From Botryllus schlosseri (taxonomy: Eukaryota), in NCBI GenBank assembly GCA_051294905.1, contig CM119371.1, positions 14,572,001 through 14,636,000 of the forward strand: a stretch of 64,000 nt of DNA, written 5' to 3'. Position numbers and translations under genes: made by a program. The notes beneath the pieces are model-generated. The model was not told the DNA's origin, did not search any database, and saw only the letters and a list, made by a program, of their open reading frames with translations. Positions 12,939 to 25,600 of this stretch are shown here, one piece after another; positions within the stretch are counted from its first letter, which is position 1; every line of letters begins with the position of its first letter.

Positions 12939-14840
12939 ATCTCTACGTTCCAACGAGACATTACACGCTACTATAGCACTTCATAGCCCAGCGCTACGAT
13001 CTTGGAAAGGTAGACAACTGATACGACATGATAAGCCGAATCACGCGGCCGCCGCCGATGAGTAATCGATTACGTAATCGCGTAATCTCGCGGAAGGCAA
13101 TTACCTTCCAATTCTACATAACATAGTAACTATTTTATATATCTCCATGCTATTGAAGTGGTATCAACCCCAGTGGCTTGTTATATGTAACTTGCAACTG
13201 CATAACGGATTCGTAAGTATACACATATTGGCTTATTCGACACTGCCCAGTGCCCATATACGCTCGAGAAGTCATTTCATGTGATACATTATTGCTTTAT
13301 TTCACATCAATTTGAACTGTATTCTACACGGCTAATGTTCCATGTATGATCAACAGTAGTCATAGAAGCCAACAGTTATTTCGTGTGCCATCTAAACCGA
13401 TATATAACTGCCTCTATATGATGTTGTTATTACAGGATCTGGTACCAAAATAGCCTAACTCTCACGCTTATTTTTGTAGTGTTAGGGTTGGGTCGGCTTT
13501 CTTATACAATACTAAACCCCATGATAGGGATATTGATGAATATGCCAGGATAATGGCCAACCATATGTACAATTTGCAATTGCCTGAAGCAATTGTACAT
13601 CTGTTTGAAGCCGCAACGAATCGGATGAACTTACGCAGCCATGATTTTCACGTAACAAGCTATTGCTTTCTTTCACGTCGATTTGAAACATCTCTACGTG
13701 CTAATCTTCGATATAAGGACTTTCATAGAATAGTATGACACAAAACAAGTCATAGAAGATAACTGTAATTGGTAATATGACGTCTAGAACGAAAGATACA
13801 ATGGTTTATATTCCAGGCGTTCATTCACGCGAACATCATTACAAATTCACTTTTGCGGGAAACGTTTTTGCGTGTTCAATCTGCATTTCAAGCAGGATAT
13901 ACATTGATATAATAGGTTGTACATGGTCTTATGTATGCGTATTCATAATAACTATCCATATAGATCGATTGTTACAGTTTACGAAGTAATGCAGGTCGAG
14001 CTATCTTAGAATAAACAACGACTCCTCCGTGTTAAACGATCGAGGACCAGTATACTGGTCCGCCGGTCGCAAAGGGTTAAACAAATTTTGAACAAAAAAC
14101 TTGTGGGGGTCCGCGGGGCGGTCCAAAAGAGGTCCGCGAAGACAAAAAGTTTGAGAACCACTGCTTAACGATATATTGATTAATTCCTGCGCCATTTCCG
14201 GTGTGCATGAGCGAGCTAATTGGACCGGTATGACCTTCTCCATGGCGAACTAAGAAAGCAGCAACACGGAACCAGTATCCTCCACTAAAACTCCAGACGT
14301 TTTAGGAAAGGTAATGATGCTGTCGAACACGCGAACAAAAGTACTGCGCACGGAAATGTGTCAGTAACAGTATGTAATCTCTTTTTAGCTACTTCCCGAC
14401 ATAACGCTGACAACATAACTGCGTATCAAACGTGTCTTAGTTCGGAACTGAGACGGCGCTGTATATCCAAGAATTATCATTATTCCAACACGACCTAATT
14501 TACCATCGAACGCGTCCGCATTTCATAACAGTTAAAGTATTTAGCATTCGCGGTTAGTTAGCATCACGAACTACGTGATTTGATTTGTAGACACGGATTA
14601 ATCTGGAATTCCAGTCATTTGTTATAATTTATGTCACGTGTAGAATTAAAAACGACTTGCCGCTAACGTATATATCAACGTGCCGGTTAGAAAAAACATA
14701 GCAATTCTGATTTGTTAGTGGCGGAGTATCTTTTGGTACATCAGTTTGCGGAGTCTATAAATTCTATTGTAAGATAGAGCCCGAGAATACCAGAATTTTG
14801 GCAATTGCAATAATTATTTTGTCAGCAGGGAAGAAGACAT

Positions 14841-15200
14841 ACACGGAGATAAGCTTTTGATCCACTAACACAATAGTAGCAACTATTATTTTGTATTTGG
14901 CTCATACCAGGTACGCCTGCGAATTTAGTTGAACCTGATATATTCATTGGACGAGACCTATGTAACTGCAGGTACACAAAGAGACGAGAAGAGTCGTAAG
15001 ATTCTTTCTGTGTAAGGCATGTCACACGGAGATAAGTTTTCAATCCACAGACAGAATAGTAGCAACTGTTAATTTGTACTTGGCTCATAACAGGTAGCAT
15101 TGCGAATTTGGTAGAACCTGATATATTCATTGGGCGAGAGCTAATATGTAACTGTAGGAGTGTAGGCACACAAATCGACGGGAATAGTCGTAAGATTATA
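14841..15200 (+). repeat. Diverged tandem duplication, period about 182 bp
   Basis: acacggagataag...gaacctgatatattcattgg...gtcgtaagatt at about 14841 and 15023. Confidence 0.85.
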
Positions 15201-16179
15201 TATTCCCGTGTGAGCCTGTGAGACATTGGGCATAAGATTCAACTCTAAAAGTTTATTAGTGGTTACCAAAAACTAATGTTTATACTCCATATACCATGCA
15301 TGAGATATTCTACGGCTACAGATTATCGAACAAAGCTAATACCGCACACATTGGCAGCGCAATTTACAATATCATAATTTCTTTTATATAGTTACGCCTC
15401 TGGTTCTATCACAAAGATTTGTCGTCTGGATATTCGCATACATTGATCACCAGTTGGAATGATATCCGTTCGCGTTTACGGAGCATTGATATGCACACTC
15501 GGTACGTGGCATTCAATAGCAAAAGTCATCCATGAAACCAAAACAAAGACACTGAACTCCATCAAATTCACATTAGTGGCGCACAAGGCATGAACAGGGG
15601 ATAATTGTCACGGTCGTAACTGTACGATATTGATGGAAACATTGTATAAAGTATAAATATAGCAGAATTATGGAGTCCAGTTGCATTGCCCAAATAGTAT
15701 ACATTTACCAGTATGATCGATACACCGGTGGTGTGTCTTGTGATCAACAGCTGCAACAGCTGCAATATGTTGCGAGTTCGACTCCTGTTGGAGGTTGTTC
15801 TAGGCACCTCCTCGCCATCTCATTCCCGTAAACCGTGTCTTAAAAAAGCCCAGAAGTGAGCCGTGCTACAAGTCCGTAGCTATGGAATCAAAATAAAAGT
15901 ACATTGGCCTTGTGTAAATGACCATTACAGTCGAAAAACACAATGAATACCACAAAAAAACATCGATGCACCGTCATAGCTAGCGTAGTCCCTTCATCAT
16001 GAATTTTAGATTCAAATATCGTGGCGTGAACATCGTTGTGTACGTCATTATTTACCTGTGACGACATGCCATTAATAGATTTTACCTCCGTCAAATGTAT
16101 ATATTCTGACTTCCCCCTTGGTCTTCCCCCCTGGTTATCCACCGATCAAGTATAATCCGAGGATTATGATCGAAAAACT

Positions 16180-16445
16180 CACATAACTCCGCTTCTACTG
16201 GTCGGAATTGAGTCAAATTTCTTTTGCATCGTCTCTGAAGACAGCTTAACAATTTGATGGGGTTGGCTAAAAAATTGATTTTTTTAAAATCTTTCCTAAT
16301 AAATTAAAAATTTAAATTGGATCTACGGAGTCCTATACTTGTCAGAATTGAACCAAATTTGGTGTGCGGCGTTTTTTAGGGTAACCTGACAATTTAATCA
16401 GTGAATGGCTGGAATCCGGGAAAAAGATATTTTTGAACAGCCCTA
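16180..16445 (+). mobile_element. Diverged hAT-family end fragment related to 280-525
   Basis: Shares ggaattgagtcaaattt subterminal motifs and the TTTTTGAACAGCCCTA end. Confidence 0.7.
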
Positions 16446-16672
16446 GTGTCCATACGTTCTTCCAATCTAAATCTGACATATTGTGTTTCATACATAACGA
16501 GCAACATTCATCCAACATACCTAAAGTGTGAGAGCTTGGTAGGTCACCTCTCCATGCAGTGCCTTGTCAACAACGTGAACTGTAGTTCACGTTTTATTCA
16601 CGACGACTTATGACACCTACAAACTTTACATTTCGACTTGACGTATCATCGTAGTGTTTCTGTTAAAATTCA

Positions 16673-16699
16673 ATGTATTCATTATATCATCGCCTTGCG
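16673..16699 (+). CDS. GRM-like probable first coding exon (MYSLYHRLA)
   Basis: ATG at 16673, phase-0 donor GCG|gtattg. Joined to the next exon it gives signal-peptide-like MYSLYHRLAVLFVTGLLKLS. Confidence 0.5.
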
Positions 16700-19600
16700 G
16701 TATTGTATGCGCCCCTTCCCTGACTACAACCCCTTACACATAAACGAGGTGAATGCTTACGGAAAATGTTAAGCCGCTCTCCACTTGTATTTGTTTCAGG
16801 TTTTATTCGTGACGGGATTGCTCAAGCTGAGCAGGTTAGTACGTTTACCTCGACGCTGTCGTAGTATTGAATTATACCGGGATGTTATCAAATCTCACCC
16901 CTTATTCTCTCTAGTATCTTTTTATAGTTCTGAAATGCACCAGCATCTTCCCCGCGCGTATTATGTAACCTGAATTTCACATATCAAATTTCCTATGTAT
17001 AGTTTCGGCTATTATAGTATTTAATAAGCAAATCAAAATTTCTCGCGTTCCTGTGCCTTGAGTTGTAGGCCTACCAGCTATTTAGCTGCATCAAACAAAT
17101 TCACGTAGAAAGTTTTTGAATATCGACCATAGCAGTTTTGATGGAATGGGATTTGAGCTGGTCAGAGACTACTCATACAGTCGAATGTGTAGGTCTCTGG
17201 ATTGTATTTATTCAAATCTGCGGTCGCGTAATGTTGGGATCACTATGTGTTTATCCCTAAGTCCAGTAAAGGCTTGAACAAATGAACATGTCACCACTAC
17301 GACATAGGCTACAATCCCAGTTAGAGGGAATCATGGTCACGCTCTACCAACATGTAATCGATTAGGATTAACCTTCAACTATTTCAGATGCAATCGATCA
17401 CAACTACTGTAGAATCGATTAGATTCAATTACAGAATATAGACCTACATGAGTACCGAATGGAATGACCACAGCTAGTCACTCTATATCACTTAATGATG
17501 TGATACTCAAACATAGAAATAGTCGTGTTGTTTATATTGTCTTTAGTGATTGATACCATATTCATCAGGGGCAATTCTATTTGCACATACACATATTCAT
17601 AATATCTCGTTTAACGATAGGTCATATGTAATCGAGATTGCAAATTTGTACATGTATGTATGTTTGTATATAGAGCCCGGACGATCGAATTCAGTACAGA
17701 CCCGGTGATATTCTAATAGCTGGGATAATGCCGATACACAGCAGAGAAGACGAGGAATGTTCGACCATACACGAAATTGGAATCCAGGCTCTTGAGACTA
17801 TGAACATGATTATCGATCAGGTGAAGATGGTTAATATAACGTAGATTCCACCCAAACATACACTGGATTATAGCCCAAGTGCGGAGAAAATGCCTCTCCC
17901 CAACAAACTTTACTACTTGTTCATTGTCACGTCATGTATACCTATTACTTCAAAGTTAATCTGTCGCGCCACAATACTGGTAGGGAATTGTAAGTAATTC
18001 GTTCCTGATCCTATCATATGATTTAAAATATCGGTAGAACCAATGAATCGAACGTATTTCACTTCAGATTAATGCTGACCCGTCGATACTGCCTGGAATT
18101 AAAGTTGGAAGTATCATCATCGACACCTGTAACTCGGACACCCAAGCTGTCAAAAAGGTATGGAATAGCAGTCTACAATCTATGAGAAATGTTCCTCGTT
18201 AACAATTTGAGGACATCACATAGCTAGTAGCTATATATCTTTGTCGCGCTTAATCGCGTGACAGTTCGAGCGATACTGTGGCATATTACTATCGACATCC
18301 GAATATATTGAAGAAAAAGGTGTATCTGCTTTGTTTGTTCATAATCTGAGCATTATTTGCATTCTCGGAACTTAAATTGCAACAATTTATGCTCATTGCA
18401 CTAATATTCCAGTAATGCGTGGATGACAACGTGCCTAGAAGTCAAGTTGATCTATTCTATAGTATTTCATCACAAACTGGTCAATCCGTGACTCATTCAT
18501 CTATCGTCATGCCATTTAGTATGACTCGTATCGCTGCATGTAGCATTGTAGCATGTTGTTATAGATATTTCTTTATATCGTTTGCACCAGTGGTTCTCAA
18601 ACTTTTTTAGCTTGCGAATCGGTAAAAGTTCTAAATGAATTTTACGGACCGACGAACCTTCAAAAATCACAACTGACCCAAAATGTAATGACGAAAAATG
18701 CATGCAACTCACAAGCACGTATTGGGAACGTCGAATTAGTGAGGAATTTGTAGCTTCTTCGTTACATTCGTTAGTAATATGGTGAATCAAATTCGAAATG
18801 TATGAACTATTTTGTCCGTATGACGTAATAATGACAAAAACAAACAGACAGGTGAGATACGGTAGTAACGATACAAAACAGACGTTAACGAGTACATATT
18901 CGGTGATAAATAACCGAAGACAACAACACAAAACACTAATGAAATATTCCAAGAGTGTAGAGGCCCTCCTTCTGGTGACAGAGAATCGACTTTCGTAGCT
19001 TTATGATCGTAGATTCCAGGACCTTCAAATGAGAAAGAGAACGGCCACGAGCAACTATAGAAAATTGACTGTCATTGTAATGATTAGCACATTCTGGATG
19101 GGATAAAGATGCTGTGCAATAGCCGAATTACAAGCAGTAACTTGATCATAATTACGCAGTGTGTCAACAGACTGCGATGATGGAGGTTGAGAAACATTAG
19201 TTATCCTAATTTGCCGTGGGAAATGCTGGCGAATTCTTTGCTGCAAGCCCTGAGACGTGCGACCTACATACCGACTATCACATCGGCACGTGTATTCATA
19301 GAGTATGTTGCTTTCATTTGTCGCAGCTAGCACATCCTTTTGCGTTGCAGGCATCAGAGATTTCGTCATGAAGATTAACTGCGGCTCTACTTGTCAAAAA
19401 CAATGCCTCACTGACGATTTAATCTAGTTTTCAAACCTGTTGGATATTTTACCAATCCAAGGAAGATGCAAATAAACAGGACATTTTCTAGGTCCGAACG
19501 GTTTAGCTTTTTTGAAAAATCTCTGCCGCCTGAATACACGTGCCGATGTGATAGTCGGTGTCGCACGTCTCAGCGCTTGCAGCAAAGAATTCGCCAGCAT

Positions 19601-22600
19601 GTCCCACGGCAAATTAGAATAACTAATGTTTCTCCACCTCCATCCTCGCAGTCTGTTGACACACTGCGTGATTACGATCAAGTGACTGTTTATAATTCGG
19701 CTATTGGACAGCATCTCTCATCCCATCCAGAATGTGCTAATCATTACAATGACAGTCAATTTTCTATAGTTGCTCGTTGTCGTTCTCTTTTTCATTTGAA
19801 GGTCCTGGAGTCTACGATCATAAAGACGCGAAAACCTATTCTCTGTCGTCGCCAGAAGGAGCGTCTCTACACTCTTGGAATATTTCATTAATGTTTTGTG
19901 TTGTTGTCTCCGGTTATTTATAACCGAATATGTACTCGTTAACGTCTGTTTTGTATCGTTACTACCGTATCTTACCTGTCTACTAGTAGTTTGTTTTTCA
20001 TTATTACGTCATACGGAAAAAATAGTTCCTACATTTCGAATTTGATTCACCCTATTACTAAGGTTTGCTACTGATGAGAGTCAGTCGAAAAGCTTTTAGC
20101 GAATAAATTAAGAATATGAAGATATTGTTTCGCGTTATTCTGAAGCTGTGTACCCCAAATGGCTTACCTTGTATGAGTAAAGTATGGTCGATTTCGGCAA
20201 TCACACTCCACTCTATTTCAGGATAATACGGTATTCCTTACTTTTCCTTGCTTATACGTCAGTAAAAATGTATGCCAAATCGAAAGCTAAAGATAGACAG
20301 TGGATTTATCGTCATGTTCATTTCGCGCCGGCAACGTGATGGATATTCAACGATTTTCCATCACAATTATCCCTGACATTAAACGCGTGTTGTGAGTGAA
20401 TTCCCGGGGCATCATCGGAAATAGATAATCTACGCACGTACTCAAACCGAACAGATCTTTTGTCCACATTCAAAGTCACTATTTACAATAAAATCGTTTA
20501 CATTACTGGTAAAAGCGCTATTGGATACCCGCGAGTTCGGAAGTTCGCATTTCTTCCTGTCGATACCGGTATCTTTCTTACCTAATTTCGCGATATCAGA
20601 TTATATTCGGACACGAAACTAAAGTCAACACACATTAATTTTTCATACGTCATCAGTAGGGCGATTTTTTTTTGACCTAAAAAACGAAAGATTTTGACCT
20701 AAAAAATCTAAATTTTGACATTTTTTGACCTTAAAAAACTAAATTTTGACCAAATTTTGACCTAACGTATGCAAATTAGGTGTTTTCCCAAAAAATGTTA
20801 GAATTTTACTACTTATACTCATTTCTGGTTTGAATTGTTTGTCCTTACGAAGTAGTTTTCCCTGAAAAACTTGTTTGACTCAAAAACTGACAAATTTTTA
20901 CATGAAGAAATATTATTTTAACAAAATTTGGCCCTATCATGAATTCCAGTACATGATGTACTATGGTGAAAATAATTAACATTTGTTGTAGTACAACGAA
21001 AGATACTTTCCTGCATTCTCGGCAGGGATATCTAGTTCTAGATATCCCTGATTCTCGGGTGAAAAGTGTCTGTCTTTACTAACTAGCTTGCCAAGGATGA
21101 AGATGTGGCGAAGGCGAGATAGCGTAGTGGAATAATCCACAGCTACAACTCCAATGGGTTTTAGGTTATAGTCCGACCGAGGTCGACTCCAGTATTCCTA
21201 CCCAAGTGTTGAAGGTTTATCTAGGTTCCTCCTCACCATCTCATCCGCGTAAGCGGTGTCTTACAAAAAGCATAGAAGTGGGCCGTGCTACAAGTCGGCA
21301 AATACTCGGCGGATACGGAATCAAAAATAAGGAATATCGGCCTGGTGTAAATGACCATTGTAGTCGACAACACCATGAATATACAAACAGCAACAGCAAG
21401 AAGAATGGAGAAAGAACGTTGAACTGTAGCAGCTATTGGCTGGCACTGAAGTTGTGCGTGCGTACACTGCTGGTGACACACCGTGTTGCTTCATTCTGAC
21501 AATGATGTACATCTCAACTTTTGTAAGAACCATGCAATACCACGCAGTCTTGCTTCACTTAGATTATTGCGGTACGCTGACACCGTGTCAACCTATTTGT
21601 TTCATTTGACTGTTTATGATTCACAATGAGCAGACAATGCGCCGTCTTCCACGGTAGGCCTATAAAGTAGGCTACAAACTGTAAAATGTCAAGCGATAAG
21701 ATCACCGATTTCGCAAAATCTACGATACAAATAAAATGCAGGTTGCGAAAAATTTTGTCAATTTTGACATTTTTTGACCTAACGCTAAAATTTTGACCTT
21801 ATTTTGACTTTTTTTGACATGTCAAAAAAAAATCGCCCTAGTCATCAGTCTATAATTACGTATAACCAAACTGTCATTTCATGTTTACTTATAATGATTA
21901 ATACCGTTACGCAAAACGCATTGTAGTGAAGACTACAGCATATTGCTTGCGTTGAGTCTGATATACTTTCATCCATATCATATTATGATTAGACCCCGAA
22001 CGATATTGGTGAGCGAAATTTGAGCCGGTGCCGCTGTAACATATTTAGAGCGATAAACCGATATGTCCTGCCTATATTTAAATATGACGATTTCCTGATA
22101 GACTGGCGAATTAGTGGGAGTAATTTGAGTTGAAAAATATATGAATTTGATTTATTTTCCTATTTCAACTCAATAAAACACTGTTTCAATTTATTATGGT
22201 ATAGTTCAGGAACACGCAACCTTTCAGCATTTTCACCAAGTAGTGAACTCATACGATTCACATAAAGCAACTCTCTCACAGTAAGAGTGATGAGGTCACT
22301 AATGCGCAGGCTAACGGATATACCGGCTGGAGTTGACCGACATTGATATTTGTTTACTGGGACAAATATCGGTCTACTCACGATTCAGATCCCGCTGCCT
22401 GTACTTACGAAAACAAAACTGTATGATTTTGTGCTTGCTAGTTGGTGCTTGATATTCTACCACGGATGCTGAATGGTCGCCGCCCGATAAGACGCCAGCA
22501 CACGCCTTATATACCACCTTCTATAATCGCAGGTATTTGGGTTATTTTGAATGAATATATCCCATTTCGACAAATCTAGCGCCATGCACATTTAGTGTAC

Positions 22601-25600
22601 GACTGTACGTTTATATACGCATGTGGGATTATGGGTATGCACCGATAACAAAATAAGTTAACACTTTTTCAACTGGCAGATTTGCATCAGGTAGACTTTG
22701 CCAAACTATACGTGGCATTAATTGCAGTGCATCGGTTCATCGTCTTGAGTGGAAGTATAATAAAACGCCATTTCACTTCCAAACGCAAACTCCGAATTAA
22801 TTACTATCACTTTGTATCATAAATTTATATATGAGTTTATTCGATTTCTCTCTTTTGTATTCATTTGTTCTTGTGTGTTATTCTGATTTCAATTTCTCGT
22901 GAAACGTATGCGATGGTGCGGCACGCGACAGCGGCATATATTGGCATAATATGAAGTCGTGAGAGAATACGGCGATTTCCTGCCAGTCGCGACGCGAATC
23001 CAGTATGAATTCGGCTTAAACGTGGCATTTGCGGCTTCAAATTCAACTGCCATGCACGTTTGTAGCCCACGCATGTAGGAATAAAGGCATTGTCAAATGT
23101 GCAATTGTACGTGTAGTAATCTTGAACAATTATCGATGCGATCCGCATGTGCGCAGCAAACATAGTTAGAGAGAGAGCGATGCGATGCGATGCTCTGCTC
23201 ACCATTAAAGCTATATATAATTCTTCAAGTATGACCACGAGACCGCACGCTGAAACTAAGATCATACTTTTAGGGATCATTTCTATAGAGTGTATCTTGA
23301 TCGTGATTGTTTAAAATTGCGAATCCGAGCCCCGCGATGATGAGACGGAACTTCGCGGCCTGAGCATGAAACGAACTCGAAAATGGGCGTTGCCCAGATT
23401 CGTGATTGATGATTGCGCCTCTCCTTTGGTGAAGGCTGGCCGCGAGGTTGTCTGAGCGGCTTTCTTTCTCATTCATGTACTGGTTAATACGACAGCGTGT
23501 GAATCGCATGATAAATTATCACACCACACATAATATGTGGCATCTCACATGCGCCCTTTTCATTCGATTACCTGTTCCACTGCGCGATAATAGTTCTTAT
23601 TTTTATAGAATAATAACCACGCCCAGGTTCTGGACATGAACTGAATCTATACCTACACTTTATACGAAGGCTTGCCGCCTTAGTATAAGATACTTACAAA
23701 TGTGAAATGCTTCTCGCACGAATCGTCGAATTCACACCAATTCTTATTGGCAGAAATAAGTCACATACACTCCTAAACACGGTTATATATGCCAAGGGGA
23801 AAGTGTGTTGTTTATAGAAGTGGAAACTGTGCTTTAGGTCGGTTACATGCTGCTCAGTAGCGAATATATCTTCAATTGGACCTAGCTCCTTCTCGCCATC
23901 TGATCATGGTAAGCAGCCTCTTAAAAAGCCTAGAAATGGATCGTGCTACACGTCGTCAGATACGGAATCATAATGAAGAATATGGCACGTGCTGTAAAAT
24001 GACAATAGTAGTCGAAACACCATGAATACCACAATAAAATCAACAATATCAACAATAATAACAATACAATTTAATAGAATTGAGATGACTGCTCACGCTG
24101 CCCGAAAATGATATATCCCGGTTGGTTATATGCTCGATTGTTCACCAGGTAAGCGGGCTACGCGGTCCTAACTGCTCTTAACATATCGTTGCGCAGAATC
24201 TGTCTTTCAACGTGAGGGGAGCAGTTGGGGTTGTCTGGAAATTCATATATCGATTTCCGATTCAACTGCAGTATGCGTTGAAATCCAGCCCGAAGTAAAA
24301 TTGCGGCTTCCGAATAAATAACAGGGACTTTGCATTCCTACTTTGATTTCAAGTCCGAATCTAACAAGAAGTCTTTACTGTGTCTTGCCCTACCCTCGAA
24401 TCATTGTCTTCAGGTGTCGTAGGCGGATCGTCAAGCGCCGTGTCCATACAAGTGGCAAATATACTGCAAGGATTCAAAGTTCCTCAGGTGAATTATAGCC
24501 ATTGAACTAAGATGAATGACAGCTAAATACCCGATCTGTAATTTCGTGCTCTCACGCAAGGACCATAACTTGATTGAATGTATTTATCCTCCAACCAGTA
24601 TACATAGACCCTGCCACGTGTAGACTATATTTAAGGAATTTAATATCACGGCTCATCTCAGTTGATTATCGCCCTTTCCTTTTTCTTGAAGTCATACAAG
24701 TCTGAGGGTACCCCACATATCGACTGCACTTACGGGGCTTCGTTGTAGTCAATTTTGCTTGTCAGTTGTACAATGTACATACCGTAATTAAAACGATATA
24801 TAGGCATCTTTCGATCTGGTTTGAATGTTTACTGTCCAAATCTATTCTATAGTGTAGCCTTGAATCTAAATCCAGAGCTTGTGAATTTTCCAGTTACTGT
24901 CACGACTTTCATTAAATAACTCTCAAAGTCTGTCAATATCCCAGTTGCCAAACCGGATCCCTCTTTGCGAAGTCCGTGATTTAGAATTAGAGTTTTGACT
25001 TCGCCAAGTCCGAATACAGGTGGCTTATAACCACTCATATTTATGTAGATTATTTTGGGTGTAAATTATGCAAATCAGCTCCCGATGGCCACCAGACAAA
25101 TCTAAAAGGATTGAGCAAATGTATAGATGTTTTTATTCGTAACAATTAACCAGGATTTCGTAATATGTCACCGAATGCAAGGTATCTTTCATTGACGCCT
25201 AAATCAAGAGTGATAGTGTCATAATTTGGTCAGATTGTCGTTGTTGGATATTCCTGCGGTAGCATTTTGCACCAGAGCTGCCGTGATATATGCACGTCCC
25301 ATAGCCCATTCCCTTCTCAGTCTTTTTTATACTGAATATGAAAATGGAAAAGATGATGTAGCCAGTTCATACAATTCACGCGGCATGCAATACTCAATGG
25401 TTGCTCACTATACACTGAATCGAACTTTTATTATCTCGTTCGATACAAGTATCCCTCGTTGGATTCCAGGTCAGCTTCTGGTCGACAAGTCCGGACTTGA
25501 GCAACAAAAAACGCTACGAATATTTCTTTCGGGTAGTACCATCGGATATCAATCAGGTACCGCCTGCAGCGTCGCTTGAAACTGAGCCCCAGTACATCAG

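Larger units (their letters stand above)
20657..21840. mobile_element. Non-autonomous hAT-type element containing a SINE and a 28-bp insert
   Basis: TIR TAGGGCGATTTTTTTTTGAC, TSD GTCATCAG on both sides, subterminal TTTTGAC repeats. Confidence 0.92.
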
